The translations under genes were made by a program, and so were the position numbers. Shown here piece after piece: positions 16,577 through 26,242 of a DNA stretch of 35,343 nucleotides. A model generated the notes under the pieces. It saw only the letters and a program-made list of their open reading frames with translations, did no database searches and was not told the DNA's origin. Every line of letters begins with the position of its first letter. The stretch's first letter is position 1. The DNA is from a virus (lineage: Duplodnaviria > Caudoviricetes): positions 1-35,343 of the IMG/VR virus record IMGVR_UViG_3300022177_000057; one strand, written 5' to 3'.

Positions 16577-18081
16577 TGTCCATGCGTGGCCGCCCCCAGC
16601 TGACCGAGCTGGCCTTCGACCGCAAGGTGGCCGAGCTCGCACTGTGGGCTCAGGACCTGGTGAGCCCCTTCCGCGACCGTTCGGCCAAGGCCAGGCAGGA
16701 ACGCCGCGCCCGCGCCGGCCGGGACTTTTTCTTCTTCTGCGCCACCTACCTTCCCCACTACTTCACGGCCGAGCCGGCCGATTTCCACCGCGAGCTGGTG
16801 GAGCTGATCGACTGGCGGCCGGACCCGTCGGCGGGCGAGGCGGTGACCCCGGTGGCGGTGGCGGCCCCGCGCGGCTTCGCCAAGTCCACCATCGTGGGCA
16901 CGGCCTACGTGCTCTGGCAGGCCCTGGAAAACCGCCGCAACTTCGCGGTGCTGGGCTCGGAGACCAAGGACCTGGCCGAGGACACCGTGGCCGGCATCGC
17001 GGCTGAGCTGATTGACAACCCCCGCGTGCTCTACGACTACGGCCGCCGCCTGGAATCGGCCAAAAAGGCCGACCTGGCCCTGGACGGCGGGCGGGGCTGC
17101 CGCGTGCTGGCCCGCGGCGCGGGGCAGATGTTCCGGGGGCTCAAGCACCGCGCTCGCCGGCCGGACCTGGCGTTGCTGGACGATCTGGAAAGCGACAGAA
17201 GCGTCAAGAACCCCCGCCGGGTCAAGGACCTCTTGGAGTGGGTGCTGGGCACGGTCTATCCGGCCCTGAACCCCGACGGCAGCCTGTTCGTCATCGGCAC
17301 CATCCTGAGCCGGCGTTCGGCCCTGGCTACCATGATCCACAGCCCGGAGGAGCCCTGGCGGGGTTGGGTGCGGCGGGTCTACCGCGCCCTGAGTCCGGAG
17401 GGCGAGAGCCTGTGGCCGGCCTACTGGCCCACGCCGGTGATCCTGGCCCAGCGCGCTCGCATGGGCAGCGTGCAGTTCAACCGCGAGAAGATGAACGATC
17501 CCCGCGACGAGGAGGGTCTGTTCCGCGAGGAGTGGCTCCAGACCTGGTCGCCGGACGATTTGCGCGACCGCAATCTGGTGACGGTGGGCTTCCTGGACCC
17601 CAGCATCGGCACCGGCGAGAGCGCCGACTACAAGGCGGTGGTCAGCGTGGGCCTGGACCCGGCGGAACAGGTGTTCTACGTGCTGGACGCCTACATCCGG
17701 CGAGCCAGCCTGGATCAGGTCTACCAAGCGGTCCTGACCCGCCAGCGCCGCTATGGCTATACGATTTTCGGCTGCGAGGACAACCTGTTCCAGAAGCTCC
17801 TTCTGGGCGATCTGGCCAAGGCGGCGGTGGCGGACCAACTGGTGCTGCCGCTCAGGGGCGTCACCCACCGCCTGGGCAAGGAAACCCGCCTGGCCGGCCT
17901 GAGCCCCCTGGTGGAACGGGGCCTGGTGCGGTTCCCGGCCCCGGAGCACCGCGACGCGGACATGCGGCTGCTGATCGAGCAGCTGATCTACTTCCCCAGC
18001 CCGACCGTGCATGACGACGGCCCCGACGCCCTGGAGGGGGCGGTGGCGCTGCTGCGCGGCGGCGGGCTGCAAATCTGGTGA
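16576..18081 (+). CDS. Terminase large subunit
   Basis: APRGFAKST, RPDLALLDDLE, FLDPSIG, HDDGPDALEGAV. Confidence 0.95.
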   Translation: MSMRGRPQLTELAFDRKVAELALWAQDLVSPFRDRSAKARQERRARAGRDFFFFCATYLPHYFTAEPADFHRELVELIDWRPDPSAGEAVTPVAVAAPRGFAKSTIVGTAYVLWQALENRRNFAVLGSETKDLAEDTVAGIAAELIDNPRVLYDYGRRLESAKKADLALDGGRGCRVLARGAGQMFRGLKHRARRPDLALLDDLESDRSVKNPRRVKDLLEWVLGTVYPALNPDGSLFVIGTILSRRSALATMIHSPEEPWRGWVRRVYRALSPEGESLWPAYWPTPVILAQRARMGSVQFNREKMNDPRDEEGLFREEWLQTWSPDDLRDRNLVTVGFLDPSIGTGESADYKAVVSVGLDPAEQVFYVLDAYIRRASLDQVYQAVLTRQRRYGYTIFGCEDNLFQKLLLGDLAKAAVADQLVLPLRGVTHRLGKETRLAGLSPLVERGLVRFPAPEHRDADMRLLIEQLIYFPSPTVHDDGPDALEGAVALLRGGGLQIW

Positions 18082-20255
18082 GCGGCATGGGAGCAACGCG
18101 ACTGCGCGATTGGGCCTTACGCCTGGTGGGACGGGCGGTGCTCAAGGCGGCGCCGGTCCTGACCTCGGTGGACATGGGGCCGGGCTTCATCGGCCGCTCC
18201 AACCTGGGCAGCCGCGCCCGCCAGGTCCAGGCCTACCAAGGCCTGGTGGCCACCTGCGTCAACCGGGTCAGCGAGGACGTGGCCGGTCTGGAGGCGCGGC
18301 TCTATAAGCGCCGGGGCCGGCGGCGTGACGACTGGGCCGAGGTGGGCGACCACCCCCTCCTGGACCTCCTGGACCGGCCCAACCCCCTGTTCAGCGGCTT
18401 CGACCTGGTGCGGCTTTCCCAGGCCCACTTGGAGCTGACCGGCATGGCCTTCTGGCTGGTGGTGCCCAACCGCCTGGGCCGGCCGGCCGAGCTGTGGCCA
18501 CTGTTCCCCCAGCACCTGATTCGCATCGTCACCGGCCGCGACTCCAGCGAGATCATCAAGGGCTTCGCCTTCCGGGGTGAGGACGGCCGCGAGCGGGTGC
18601 TGGACCCGGACGAGGTGATCTACCTGCGCCTGCCCCATCCCGAGAGCATGGTCTACGGCGCCTCCACGGTGCAGGCCCAGGCCTATGCCTACGACGTGTC
18701 CCTGGCATTCAGCGTGTACCACCGCAACCTGCTGCAAAACTCGGCCCGCCCGGACGTGGTGCTGAAAAGCGACCAGCACCTGACCGAGGAGGAGGCCGGC
18801 CGGGCCAAGGCCCGCTGGAAGGCCAGCTTCGGCGGGCCGGAGCGGGCTGGCGATGTGGTGGTGCTGGGAGCCGGCCTGGAGCCCAAGCCCCTGACCGTCA
18901 GCAGCCGGGACGCGGAGTTCATGGCCCTGGCCGGCTGGAGCCAGGACCTGGTCCTGGCGGCCTTCGGGGTTCCAGCCGGCAAGCTGGGCCTGGTCAAGGA
19001 CGTGAACCGGGCGAATATGCAGGAGCTGGACACCACCTACCACCGCGAGAGCCTGCACCCGCGCGCCCGGCGCTGGACGGCGGCGCTCACCGCCCTGGCG
19101 GCCCGCTACGACGCCGACCTGTGGTGCGAGCTGCACCACGAGGTGCCCAAGGACCGCGAGTTCGAGCACAAGGCCGCGATGGAGCGGCTGGACCACGGTG
19201 CGGCCACCGTCAACGAGGTGCGGGCCGAGGACGGCCTGGAGCCTGTGCCGGGCGGGGATGTGCCGCGCCTGCCGGCCAACATGGTGCCCCTGGGCGCGGG
19301 CGTGGCGCGGGGCGACCGAGGCGGGGCGGAGAAGCTGGGCGCGCGGCCGCCGGCGGTTAAGGGCGCGGCGGAGGACGAGGCCCTGTGGCTCAACGACTTC
19401 GCGGCCCAGGTGGATCCCTGGACAGCCCTGATGCAGGGACGGCTGGTGGTGGTTTTTCAGCGCCAGGCTGCGGTGACGCTGGGCCGGCTGCGCTCCCTCT
19501 GGCCGCGCCTGGAGGGCAAGCTGGCCGGCTGGGGCCGGGCCAAGGTCCGGTCCGAGGTGCAGAAGGGCCTGGCCGAGGTGGAGCTGGTGCTGGCCGATTG
19601 GGACGCCTGGGGCGAGGAGCTGACCCATGAGGTCTGGGAGCGGACCCTGCCCTGGGTGATCCAGGAGGGAGGGCAGGCGTCTCTGGCCGCCTTTGGCTTC
19701 GGCATCAGCTTCAACCTGCGCGACCAGCGGGTGCTGGATTGGCTGGAGTCCAACGCCGCCACCGCAGCCAAGGTCAATGACCACACCCGCGACCGCCTGC
19801 GCCATGCGCTGGTGGAGGCGGTGAAGTCCGGCGAGGGCTTTGACCAAGCGACACGGCGCGTGGAGGAGGTCTTCGGGTGGTGCGAGCGGGAGCGGGCTGA
19901 GACCATCGCCCGCACCGAGGTCAGCAACGCCCGCCGCCTGGGCTATCACGAGGGACTGGTCCAGAGCGGCGCTCCCTTTGTCAAGGAATGGCGCAGCGAG
20001 CCGGGGGCGCGTCCGACCCACGCGGCGGCCGCCACCCGCTACGGCGAGGGCAAGGGCATCGCCCTGGAGGCCCGGTTCGCGGTGGGCGGCTGCACTTGTC
20101 AGGTGCCCGGTCACTCGGGTTGTGCCGCCGAAGATATCAACTGCCGCTGCTACCTGGTCTACCGCCCGGCTCCCTCGGCCAAGGCGATCAGCCCGGAAGC
20201 GTCGGTCATCATGGCCCCGGCGCGGGCCTACACCCAGGAGGAGTGCCATGCCTGA
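18078..20255 (+). CDS. HK97-family portal fused to a Mu gpF/SPP1 gp7-type minor head domain
   Basis: HPLLDLLDRPNP...LELTGMAF...PAELWPL...TVNEVRAEDGLEP; C-terminal RAETIARTE...KEW...RPTH...INCRC. Confidence 0.9.
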   Translation: MSGMGATRLRDWALRLVGRAVLKAAPVLTSVDMGPGFIGRSNLGSRARQVQAYQGLVATCVNRVSEDVAGLEARLYKRRGRRRDDWAEVGDHPLLDLLDRPNPLFSGFDLVRLSQAHLELTGMAFWLVVPNRLGRPAELWPLFPQHLIRIVTGRDSSEIIKGFAFRGEDGRERVLDPDEVIYLRLPHPESMVYGASTVQAQAYAYDVSLAFSVYHRNLLQNSARPDVVLKSDQHLTEEEAGRAKARWKASFGGPERAGDVVVLGAGLEPKPLTVSSRDAEFMALAGWSQDLVLAAFGVPAGKLGLVKDVNRANMQELDTTYHRESLHPRARRWTAALTALAARYDADLWCELHHEVPKDREFEHKAAMERLDHGAATVNEVRAEDGLEPVPGGDVPRLPANMVPLGAGVARGDRGGAEKLGARPPAVKGAAEDEALWLNDFAAQVDPWTALMQGRLVVVFQRQAAVTLGRLRSLWPRLEGKLAGWGRAKVRSEVQKGLAEVELVLADWDAWGEELTHEVWERTLPWVIQEGGQASLAAFGFGISFNLRDQRVLDWLESNAATAAKVNDHTRDRLRHALVEAVKSGEGFDQATRRVEEVFGWCERERAETIARTEVSNARRLGYHEGLVQSGAPFVKEWRSEPGARPTHAAAATRYGEGKGIALEARFAVGGCTCQVPGHSGCAAEDINCRCYLVYRPAPSAKAISPEASVIMAPARAYTQEECHA

Positions 20256-20967
20256 GCTGGTGCGCAAGATCGTGGCGGCTGAGATCAAGGCGCTGGAGGA
20301 GGACCGGCGCACCATCGTGGCCGTGGCCAGCACCGAGAGCCCCGACCGGGCCAACGACGTGATCCGGGCCGACGGCTGGTCGCTCGGCAACTTCATGAAG
20401 AACCCGGTCATCGTCTGGGGCCACGACTACAGCGCCCCGCCGGTGGCCAAGGCGGTGCGGGTCTGGACGGAAGGGCCGGCCCTGATGTTCGAGGCCCAGT
20501 TCCCCACCGTCGACGAGTATCCCTTCGGCGACACCATCTACCGGCTGATCAAGGGCGGCTACCTGCGGGCCTTCAGCGTGGGCTTCGACCCCATCGAGAG
20601 CAAGGACCGCGAGGGCTACGGCCGCGAGTACATCAAGCAGGAGCTGTGGGAGATCAGCCTGGTGACGGTGCCCATGAACCCCGAGGCCCTGGTGCGCCTG
20701 GGCATGGGCGGTTTCGGCCCGGAGACGGCCAAGTCGCTGGAGGAGATCGCCCGCCGCCTGGACCGCCTGGAAAAGGCATTGACCGCCCCCAACCCCCAGC
20801 CGAGCGGGGAGCCCCCCGCCGACCCGCCGCCGGCCGAGACGCCGGCCCCCGACCCCCAACTCATCACCCGCGCGCTGGCCGAGGCCCTGCCCCAGGCCCT
20901 GGGCGCGGCGCTGGACAAGGCCGTTACCAAGCGGATCAACCACCACCTGGGCAAGGTGGACGCTTAA
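20248..20967 (+). CDS. HK97-family prohead protease
   Basis: VWGHD, AFSVGF, ELWEISLVTVPMNPEA; ATG at 20248 after AGGAGGAG. Confidence 0.93.
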   Translation: MPELVRKIVAAEIKALEEDRRTIVAVASTESPDRANDVIRADGWSLGNFMKNPVIVWGHDYSAPPVAKAVRVWTEGPALMFEAQFPTVDEYPFGDTIYRLIKGGYLRAFSVGFDPIESKDREGYGREYIKQELWEISLVTVPMNPEALVRLGMGGFGPETAKSLEEIARRLDRLEKALTAPNPQPSGEPPADPPPAETPAPDPQLITRALAEALPQALGAALDKAVTKRINHHLGKVDA

Positions 20968-20978
20968 GGAGGCGTTTG

Positions 20979-22190
20979 ATGGAGACCAAGGAGCTTATTC
21001 CGATCATCGAGGAGGCGGTGGGCAAGGCGCTCAACGAGGAGACGCTCAAGGGCCTGGTGGACAAGGCCCTGGAGCCGCACCTCAGGGCCCTGCCTTCCAA
21101 GGCCGTGCGCGTCGGCGACGACCCCGCCGGCGAGGAGCCGGCCGAGAAGCTGACCTTCAGCCAGCTCTTGGGCGAGGTCAAGCGGATCAGCAACGGCCAG
21201 CACCCCAAGCACCTCAAGCCCGAGGGCGCGGTGCTCAAGGCCCTCTACGCCGGCAGCGACACTTCCGGGGCCTACCTGGTGCCCACCGAGGAAAGCCGCC
21301 AGATCGTCGACCTGACCAGCGAGCTGCCCAGCGTGGCGCGGCTGTGCACTCAGGTGCCCATGCGCAGCGGCCAGCTCACCTTCCCCACCCTGGCCGGCGG
21401 GGTGACGGCCTACTGGATTCCCGAGGCCACCGAGGACAAGAGCGCCGTCGATCCCAGCGGTTACACCCAGGCCGGCGGCCGGGTGCCCTCCAGCGACCCC
21501 ACCTTCGGCCAGGTGGCCCTGAACGCCTACGTGCTGGGCGTGCGGGTGGTGCTGAGCAACCAGCTCCTGGACGACAGCGACCCCGGCGTGGACGCGGTGA
21601 TCCGGGGGCTTTTCGCCAAGGCCATCAACAAGGCCTTCGACGTGGCCATCCTGCGCGGCCAGGGCGTGTCCGTCAGCGCCACCGATCCGGTCAAGGGCCT
21701 GGCCAACCGCATCGTCACCAACCGCCTGGCGGCCGGGGCCGAGTTCAACTTCGACGACCTGGCCGACCTGATCTTCAAGGTCTACGAGAACGCGCCCGAG
21801 GTGACCCAGGTGCCCATCGTGGGCCACACCAAGGCGGAGAAGGTCATCATGAAGCTCAAGGACAGCGACGGGAACTACATCTACCGCGCGCCGTCGGAGA
21901 CCGGCTCCGGCCTGCCCAAGGTCCCCAGCGTCTGGGGCGAGCCCTTCATCCGCAACGGCAACGTGCAGACCACCCTGGGCGCGGACAACAAGCAGACCCA
22001 GCTCTTCGCCGGAGACTTCGCCGGCAGCGCCTACGTGGGCCAGCGCCAGGGCATCGCGGTCAAGGTGATCGACCGCAGCGAGCCCTACATCAGCCACAAC
22101 CAGACCGCCTTCATCGCCCTGGCCCGCCTGGGCTTCACCGTCAGCGACGAGGCGCGCTTCGCCCTGCTGGAAGGCGTGCCGACCCACTAA
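20979..22190 (+). CDS. HK97-family major capsid protein
   Basis: SGAYLVP, AYWIPE, LSNQLLDDS, KLKDSDGNYIY, FAGDF; RBS AAGGAGG. Confidence 0.93.
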   Translation: METKELIPIIEEAVGKALNEETLKGLVDKALEPHLRALPSKAVRVGDDPAGEEPAEKLTFSQLLGEVKRISNGQHPKHLKPEGAVLKALYAGSDTSGAYLVPTEESRQIVDLTSELPSVARLCTQVPMRSGQLTFPTLAGGVTAYWIPEATEDKSAVDPSGYTQAGGRVPSSDPTFGQVALNAYVLGVRVVLSNQLLDDSDPGVDAVIRGLFAKAINKAFDVAILRGQGVSVSATDPVKGLANRIVTNRLAAGAEFNFDDLADLIFKVYENAPEVTQVPIVGHTKAEKVIMKLKDSDGNYIYRAPSETGSGLPKVPSVWGEPFIRNGNVQTTLGADNKQTQLFAGDFAGSAYVGQRQGIAVKVIDRSEPYISHNQTAFIALARLGFTVSDEARFALLEGVPTH

Positions 22191-22201
22191 CCAACCCTGA
22201 T

Positions 22202-22230
22202 CGCCCCTGGGATCGCGTGTCCCGGGGGCG
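22202..22230 (+). other. Hairpin after the capsid gene
   Basis: CGCCCCTGGGA...TCCCGGGGGCG; no U-tract. Confidence 0.5.
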
Positions 22231-22246
22231 GCGAGAGGAGCAAGCC

Positions 22247-22864
22247 ATGCGAGAGCGCAAGAACAAGCGGACCACCCTGGTCCTGATCGCGGCCCTGATC
22301 ATTTCGGCGCTGAGCGCCGCCGCGGCCCTGGCCTGGAGCGGGGCGCTGACCGCCCACGCCACCGGCACCACGGCCGCCGCGGTGATCCTGCCCGGCGACG
22401 CCAACGCCCGCGCCGTGGTGCAGGCCTTCAACGCCACCAGCGACAAGGCCGGCAGCAAGCTGGCGGTCTACTGGGCCGACGGCCTGGAGACGACGGTGGA
22501 CGCCGCCAGCGCCTCCACCACCCTCAACGTGGCCGCCACCACCGGTTTCGCCGCCGACAACCTCATCGCCGTCGCCAAACCGGACGGCCGGGTGATCTGG
22601 CGCACGGTTTCGGCGGTGACCGCCGGGGAGAGCCTGACCCTGTCCACCGCCCTGGCTTCCGGCTACGGCGAGGTTGGCGACCGGGTCATGCTGCTGGCGG
22701 CGGCCGCCGCCAACACCGACGCCGAGATACCGGTGGGCGCGGCCACCAAGGAGCTGAGCAATCCCCTTGGGGTGATCGCCGGCCCCAAGGACAGCCCGCT
22801 TTTGCTCCAGGTGGACGGCACCTCGGCCTGCGCCGTGAATTATCTCACCTGGTCCTTCAAGTAG
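22247..22864 (+). CDS. Signal-peptide-bearing beta-rich protein within the head operon
   Basis: MRERKNKR, hydrophobic core and ALA cleavage motif; RBS GAGGAG. Confidence 0.75.
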   Translation: MRERKNKRTTLVLIAALIISALSAAAALAWSGALTAHATGTTAAAVILPGDANARAVVQAFNATSDKAGSKLAVYWADGLETTVDAASASTTLNVAATTGFAADNLIAVAKPDGRVIWRTVSAVTAGESLTLSTALASGYGEVGDRVMLLAAAAANTDAEIPVGAATKELSNPLGVIAGPKDSPLLLQVDGTSACAVNYLTWSFK

Positions 22865-22868
22865 ACCC

Positions 22869-22897
22869 GCCCCGCCGGGGTGCGACCCCGGCGGGGC
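22869..22897 (+). other. Perfect 13-bp hairpin
   Basis: GCCCCGCCGGGGT-GCG-ACCCCGGCGGGGC; no U-tract. Confidence 0.65.
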
Positions 22898-22916
22898 TCC
22901 TGAAAGGAGCCTCAAA

Positions 22917-23186
22917 ATGCCCGACGTGCGAGTGAAGGTGCTCAAGCGCTTCAACGACCTGGCGGCCGGGGCCGAGACCCACCTGGACGCCGCGGTGGCC
23001 GAAAAGTGGGCCGGCCTGGGCCTGCTGAAGGTCATCGACCCCGAGCCCGCCCCCGCGGCGCAGCCGGAGGCCGAATCCCCGGCGGCCCCGCCCGAAAGCG
23101 AAGCCGCCGCCGCCCCGCCCGAAAGCGAAGCCGCCGCCGCCCCGCCCGAGAACGCGGCCGCCAAGGCCGCCAAGGTCCGCAAGTAG
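22917..23186 (+). CDS. Small head-region protein with Ala/Pro/Glu-rich tail
   Basis: RBS AAAGGAG; PPESEAAAA repeats. Confidence 0.8.
   Translation: MPDVRVKVLKRFNDLAAGAETHLDAAVAEKWAGLGLLKVIDPEPAPAAQPEAESPAAPPESEAAAAPPESEAAAAPPENAAAKAAKVRK
23085..23149 (+). repeat. In-frame 27-bp tandem repeat, about 2.4 copies
   Basis: GCCCCGCCCGAAAGCGAAGCCGCCGCC at 23085 and 23112, partial copy at 23139. Confidence 0.9.
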
Positions 23187-23195
23187 GGGGCGGCC

Positions 23196-23825
23196 GTGGC
23201 CCTGTCCGACCGCGCCCTGTGCAGCCTCCAGGCCCTCAAGGCCTACCTGGGCCTGGAGGTTGCCGACTACGACTCCGCGCTGGAGGGGATCATCGAGGCG
23301 GTGAGCGCCAGGGTCGAGTCCCACACCGGCCGGGCGCTCATGGCCCGCGACTACTCTCCGGACCCGGCCGACCCGGCCTACGACCCGGACAATGCCGTGT
23401 TTGACGGCGACGGAGGCGAGACGCTGGCCCTGCCCCAATACCCGGTGCAGAGCCTGACCGGATTGAGCCTCAACGGCCTGGCGCTGGCCCCGGCCTCCGG
23501 GGTCTCGCCGGGTTGGGTGCTCAACCGCCGCTCCGGCATGGTCAGCCTGGTGGGCGGGGTCTTCACCCCCGGCCTGGGAAACGTGGCCGTGGCCTACCGG
23601 GCTGGCTACGAAACCGCCCCGGCCGACCTGGCCCAGGCGGCGGTGGAGTGGGCGGCGGCCAAGGTGTTGGACAGCCATCTGGCTGGCAACCTGGGCGGCA
23701 AACGCCTGGGGCTGAGGAGCGAGGCCCTGCCCGACGGCCTGGGCACTCGCTCCTTCGAGAGTGGTGCGCTGCCTGTGGCGGTGCGCGCGGTCCTGGACCG
23801 CTATCGCAAGGCGGTGTTCGCGTGA
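23196..23825 (+). CDS. Head-tail connector/adaptor (gp6-like)
   Basis: SLQALKAYLGL...VESHTGR...YRAGY..APADLAQA...VLDRYR. Confidence 0.85.
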   Translation: MALSDRALCSLQALKAYLGLEVADYDSALEGIIEAVSARVESHTGRALMARDYSPDPADPAYDPDNAVFDGDGGETLALPQYPVQSLTGLSLNGLALAPASGVSPGWVLNRRSGMVSLVGGVFTPGLGNVAVAYRAGYETAPADLAQAAVEWAAAKVLDSHLAGNLGGKRLGLRSEALPDGLGTRSFESGALPVAVRAVLDRYRKAVFA

Positions 23826-24316
23826 TCGCTGGGCGGGTGATCTTCGACCCTTCGGACCTGGCCCGTCTGCGTCGCCAGCCCGAGCGATTGGCGCGGGCGG
23901 TGGGCGCGGCCCTGGCCTGGACCCTGAACGACGCCCGCGACCACGCCCGTGCGGTTGGCATGGGCGGCGGGCCGGGCCGGCTCACCAGCCGCCACGGCGA
24001 GGCCGGCCTGCGGGGCAGCATCGGCTGGGAGCTGCGCGACGAAGGCCTGCGCTTTTTGGGCGTGCTCCACGCAGGGATGGTCTATGCGGCCATCCACGAG
24101 TTCGGCGGCGTCACCCGGCCCCACGAGATCAGACCCCGGCGCGGCCGCGCCCTGCGTTTCGCCGCCGGCGGCCGGATGGTCTTCGCCCGCCTGGTGCGCC
24201 ACCCCGGCAGCCGGGTCCCGGCCCGGCCTTACCTGCGCCCGGCTCTGGAGTTCGGCGCGGACAAGCTGCGCGATGAGCACCTTCCCGCGGCCCTGCGGGT
24301 GGAGGGCCTGGTGTGA
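23822..24316 (+). CDS. Virion morphogenesis/tail completion protein (Mu gpG/HK97 gp10-like)
   Basis: LRGSI...YAAIHEFGG...VPARPYLRPA; GTGA overlap. Confidence 0.85.
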   Translation: MIAGRVIFDPSDLARLRRQPERLARAVGAALAWTLNDARDHARAVGMGGGPGRLTSRHGEAGLRGSIGWELRDEGLRFLGVLHAGMVYAAIHEFGGVTRPHEIRPRRGRALRFAAGGRMVFARLVRHPGSRVPARPYLRPALEFGADKLRDEHLPAALRVEGLV

Positions 24317-24729
24317 GCGGACAGGTGGACATCCTGGCCGCGGTGCGGGCCTGCCTGGCCTCCATCAGCCAGGCCAACGGCCATCCCCTCACCGTGCGCC
24401 AGGTGCTGCGGGGCCAGCGCAACCCCCGCGACCTCCGGCCTCTGCCGGCGGTGGGTTTTTATCGTGAGAACCTCCAGTCCCAGCCCCAGGCCGGCGGCGT
24501 CTGCGAGTGCGGCCTGGGGCTGGGAGTGTGGGGTTTCGCGGCCTGCCCGGCCGAGGGCGACTGCCAGGCGGTGCACCAACTGGAGGACGCGGTCTGCCGG
24601 GTGCTCCAGGACCCGACCCTCAACCCCTGGTGGGCCTCCACCATTCTGGGCGAGGCGGGCTACCTGGAGCTGGACGGTCTGGCCGGCTTCGATCTGGCGG
24701 TGACCATCAATTACGAGGCCGCGCGGTAG
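24313..24729 (+). CDS. Putative tail terminator
   Basis: Size and position before the tail tube; LASISQANGH. Confidence 0.65.
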   Translation: MSGQVDILAAVRACLASISQANGHPLTVRQVLRGQRNPRDLRPLPAVGFYRENLQSQPQAGGVCECGLGLGVWGFAACPAEGDCQAVHQLEDAVCRVLQDPTLNPWWASTILGEAGYLELDGLAGFDLAVTINYEAAR

Positions 24730-24747
24730 CGGCCCTGGAGGGAGAAC

Positions 24748-25794
24748 ATGAGCTACGGAGCGGAAACCAAGATCGGGCTGAAGAAGGCTGCGGCCTGGGG
24801 AACGCCGGTGGCCTGCGGGGCCGGCGACGGCCTGCTGATCACCAACGAGAAGATCAACTGGAGCCGCGAATCGTTGAAGGATGACAGCGCCGGTCAGAGC
24901 TTCCCCGGCCAGATCGATCAGGGGCTTATCACCAGCGGCGGCGACCTGAACGCCTACCTGCGCTACGAGGATCTGTTGCTCCTGGCCATGATGCTGGGCA
25001 GCGCCGCCGCACCCGAGGTGCAGGGGGCCACCGCCGCCTATCAGCACCAGCTCACCTGGGCGGCCAGCGTCAATGGCCTCTTCGCCACCCTGGCCCTGTT
25101 CCGGGGCTATGGCGTGCACGAGTATCCGGCGGCCAAGGTGGCCAAGCTCACTCTGGCCGGCCAGCTGGGCAAAGAGGTGACGCTGAACGCCAGCCTGCTC
25201 TGCGACACCATGAACATCAACACCGGCGCCGGCGTCAACAACCTGACCACCATCGCCGCCGTGAACCCCGCTCCCACCCCGCGGGTGCTGGCCAGCGCCG
25301 GCCTGTGGCGGATGAACGATCAGTCCGGCGTCGCCTTGTCTGGGAGCGACGAGTTGAAGGGCAAAAACGGCCCGGTGGAGTTCAGCCTGGCTTGCGACCG
25401 CCTGCTGAAGCCCGACTATCTGGCCGGCGGAGGGGACAAGATCGCCGAGCCCACCAGTGATGGCTTCCCCAACATCACCCTGACCCTGAAGCTGGGCGAA
25501 TACGTCAGCGACACCTGGCTGGGCGAGCTGATGGCGGGCACGGCCAAGAAGGCCGATGTCACCTTCACCGGCCCGGTCTGCGACGGGGCCTTCAGCTACA
25601 GCTTCAAGCTGGAGCTGCCCCACCTGCGCCTGACCAGCACCGACGGCCCCAACATCGATCGCGGGGCCAAGTTGCCCCTGTCCCTGACCTACGAGGTGCT
25701 CAAGCCCGACGCGGCCCCGGCCGGCATGACCGAGCTGACCATGCCCATCCGGGCCACGATCATCAACAAGCAGACCACCAGCCCACTGGCCTAA
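24748..25794 (+). CDS. Major tail tube protein
   Basis: IGLKKAAAWGTP N-terminus; position before chaperone and tape measure. Confidence 0.8.
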   Translation: MSYGAETKIGLKKAAAWGTPVACGAGDGLLITNEKINWSRESLKDDSAGQSFPGQIDQGLITSGGDLNAYLRYEDLLLLAMMLGSAAAPEVQGATAAYQHQLTWAASVNGLFATLALFRGYGVHEYPAAKVAKLTLAGQLGKEVTLNASLLCDTMNINTGAGVNNLTTIAAVNPAPTPRVLASAGLWRMNDQSGVALSGSDELKGKNGPVEFSLACDRLLKPDYLAGGGDKIAEPTSDGFPNITLTLKLGEYVSDTWLGELMAGTAKKADVTFTGPVCDGAFSYSFKLELPHLRLTSTDGPNIDRGAKLPLSLTYEVLKPDAAPAGMTELTMPIRATIINKQTTSPLA

Positions 25795-25819
25795 GCCGGT
25801 TGGCGCAGGGAGTAGAGCC

Positions 25820-26242
25820 ATGAGCGACGCGACGCCGGTTTTCGACATCGAAATCATCGCCGAGGACGAACGCATTCCGGTGCGCCTGGGCAAGGCCATC
25901 TTCTGGGTGCGGCGGATGCCCGACGGCAAGGAGCTGGAGATTCGCCTGGCCCACGTGGTAGGGGCCAAGGCCAACGCCAAGGCGGTGGCCCAGGCCAACG
26001 CGGCCATCGCAGAGGCCAAGTTCGACTACATCCTGCTGGACTGGGAGGGTGTGGGCGACCCCACCACCGGCCGGGCCGCGCCCTGCGACGCTCGCACCAA
26101 GCGCATGCTCCCCCTGGCCTTGAAGCAGGCCCTCATCGCCCGGGCCATGATGCCCAACACCCAGGGCGACGAGGCGGGGGCGGAGGAGGAGGGAAACTCC
26201 GCGCCTTCGCCCGCTTCCGGGCCGGCTCCGGCGCTCAACTGA
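25820..26242 (+). CDS. Tail assembly chaperone (gpG equivalent)
   Basis: LLDWEGV motif; ends shortly after the slippery site. Confidence 0.8.
   Translation: MSDATPVFDIEIIAEDERIPVRLGKAIFWVRRMPDGKELEIRLAHVVGAKANAKAVAQANAAIAEAKFDYILLDWEGVGDPTTGRAAPCDARTKRMLPLALKQALIARAMMPNTQGDEAGAEEEGNSAPSPASGPAPALN

Noticed and set aside
23085-23149. CRISPR-like repeat
   Set aside because: Contiguous in-frame coding repeat without spacers; no cas genes.
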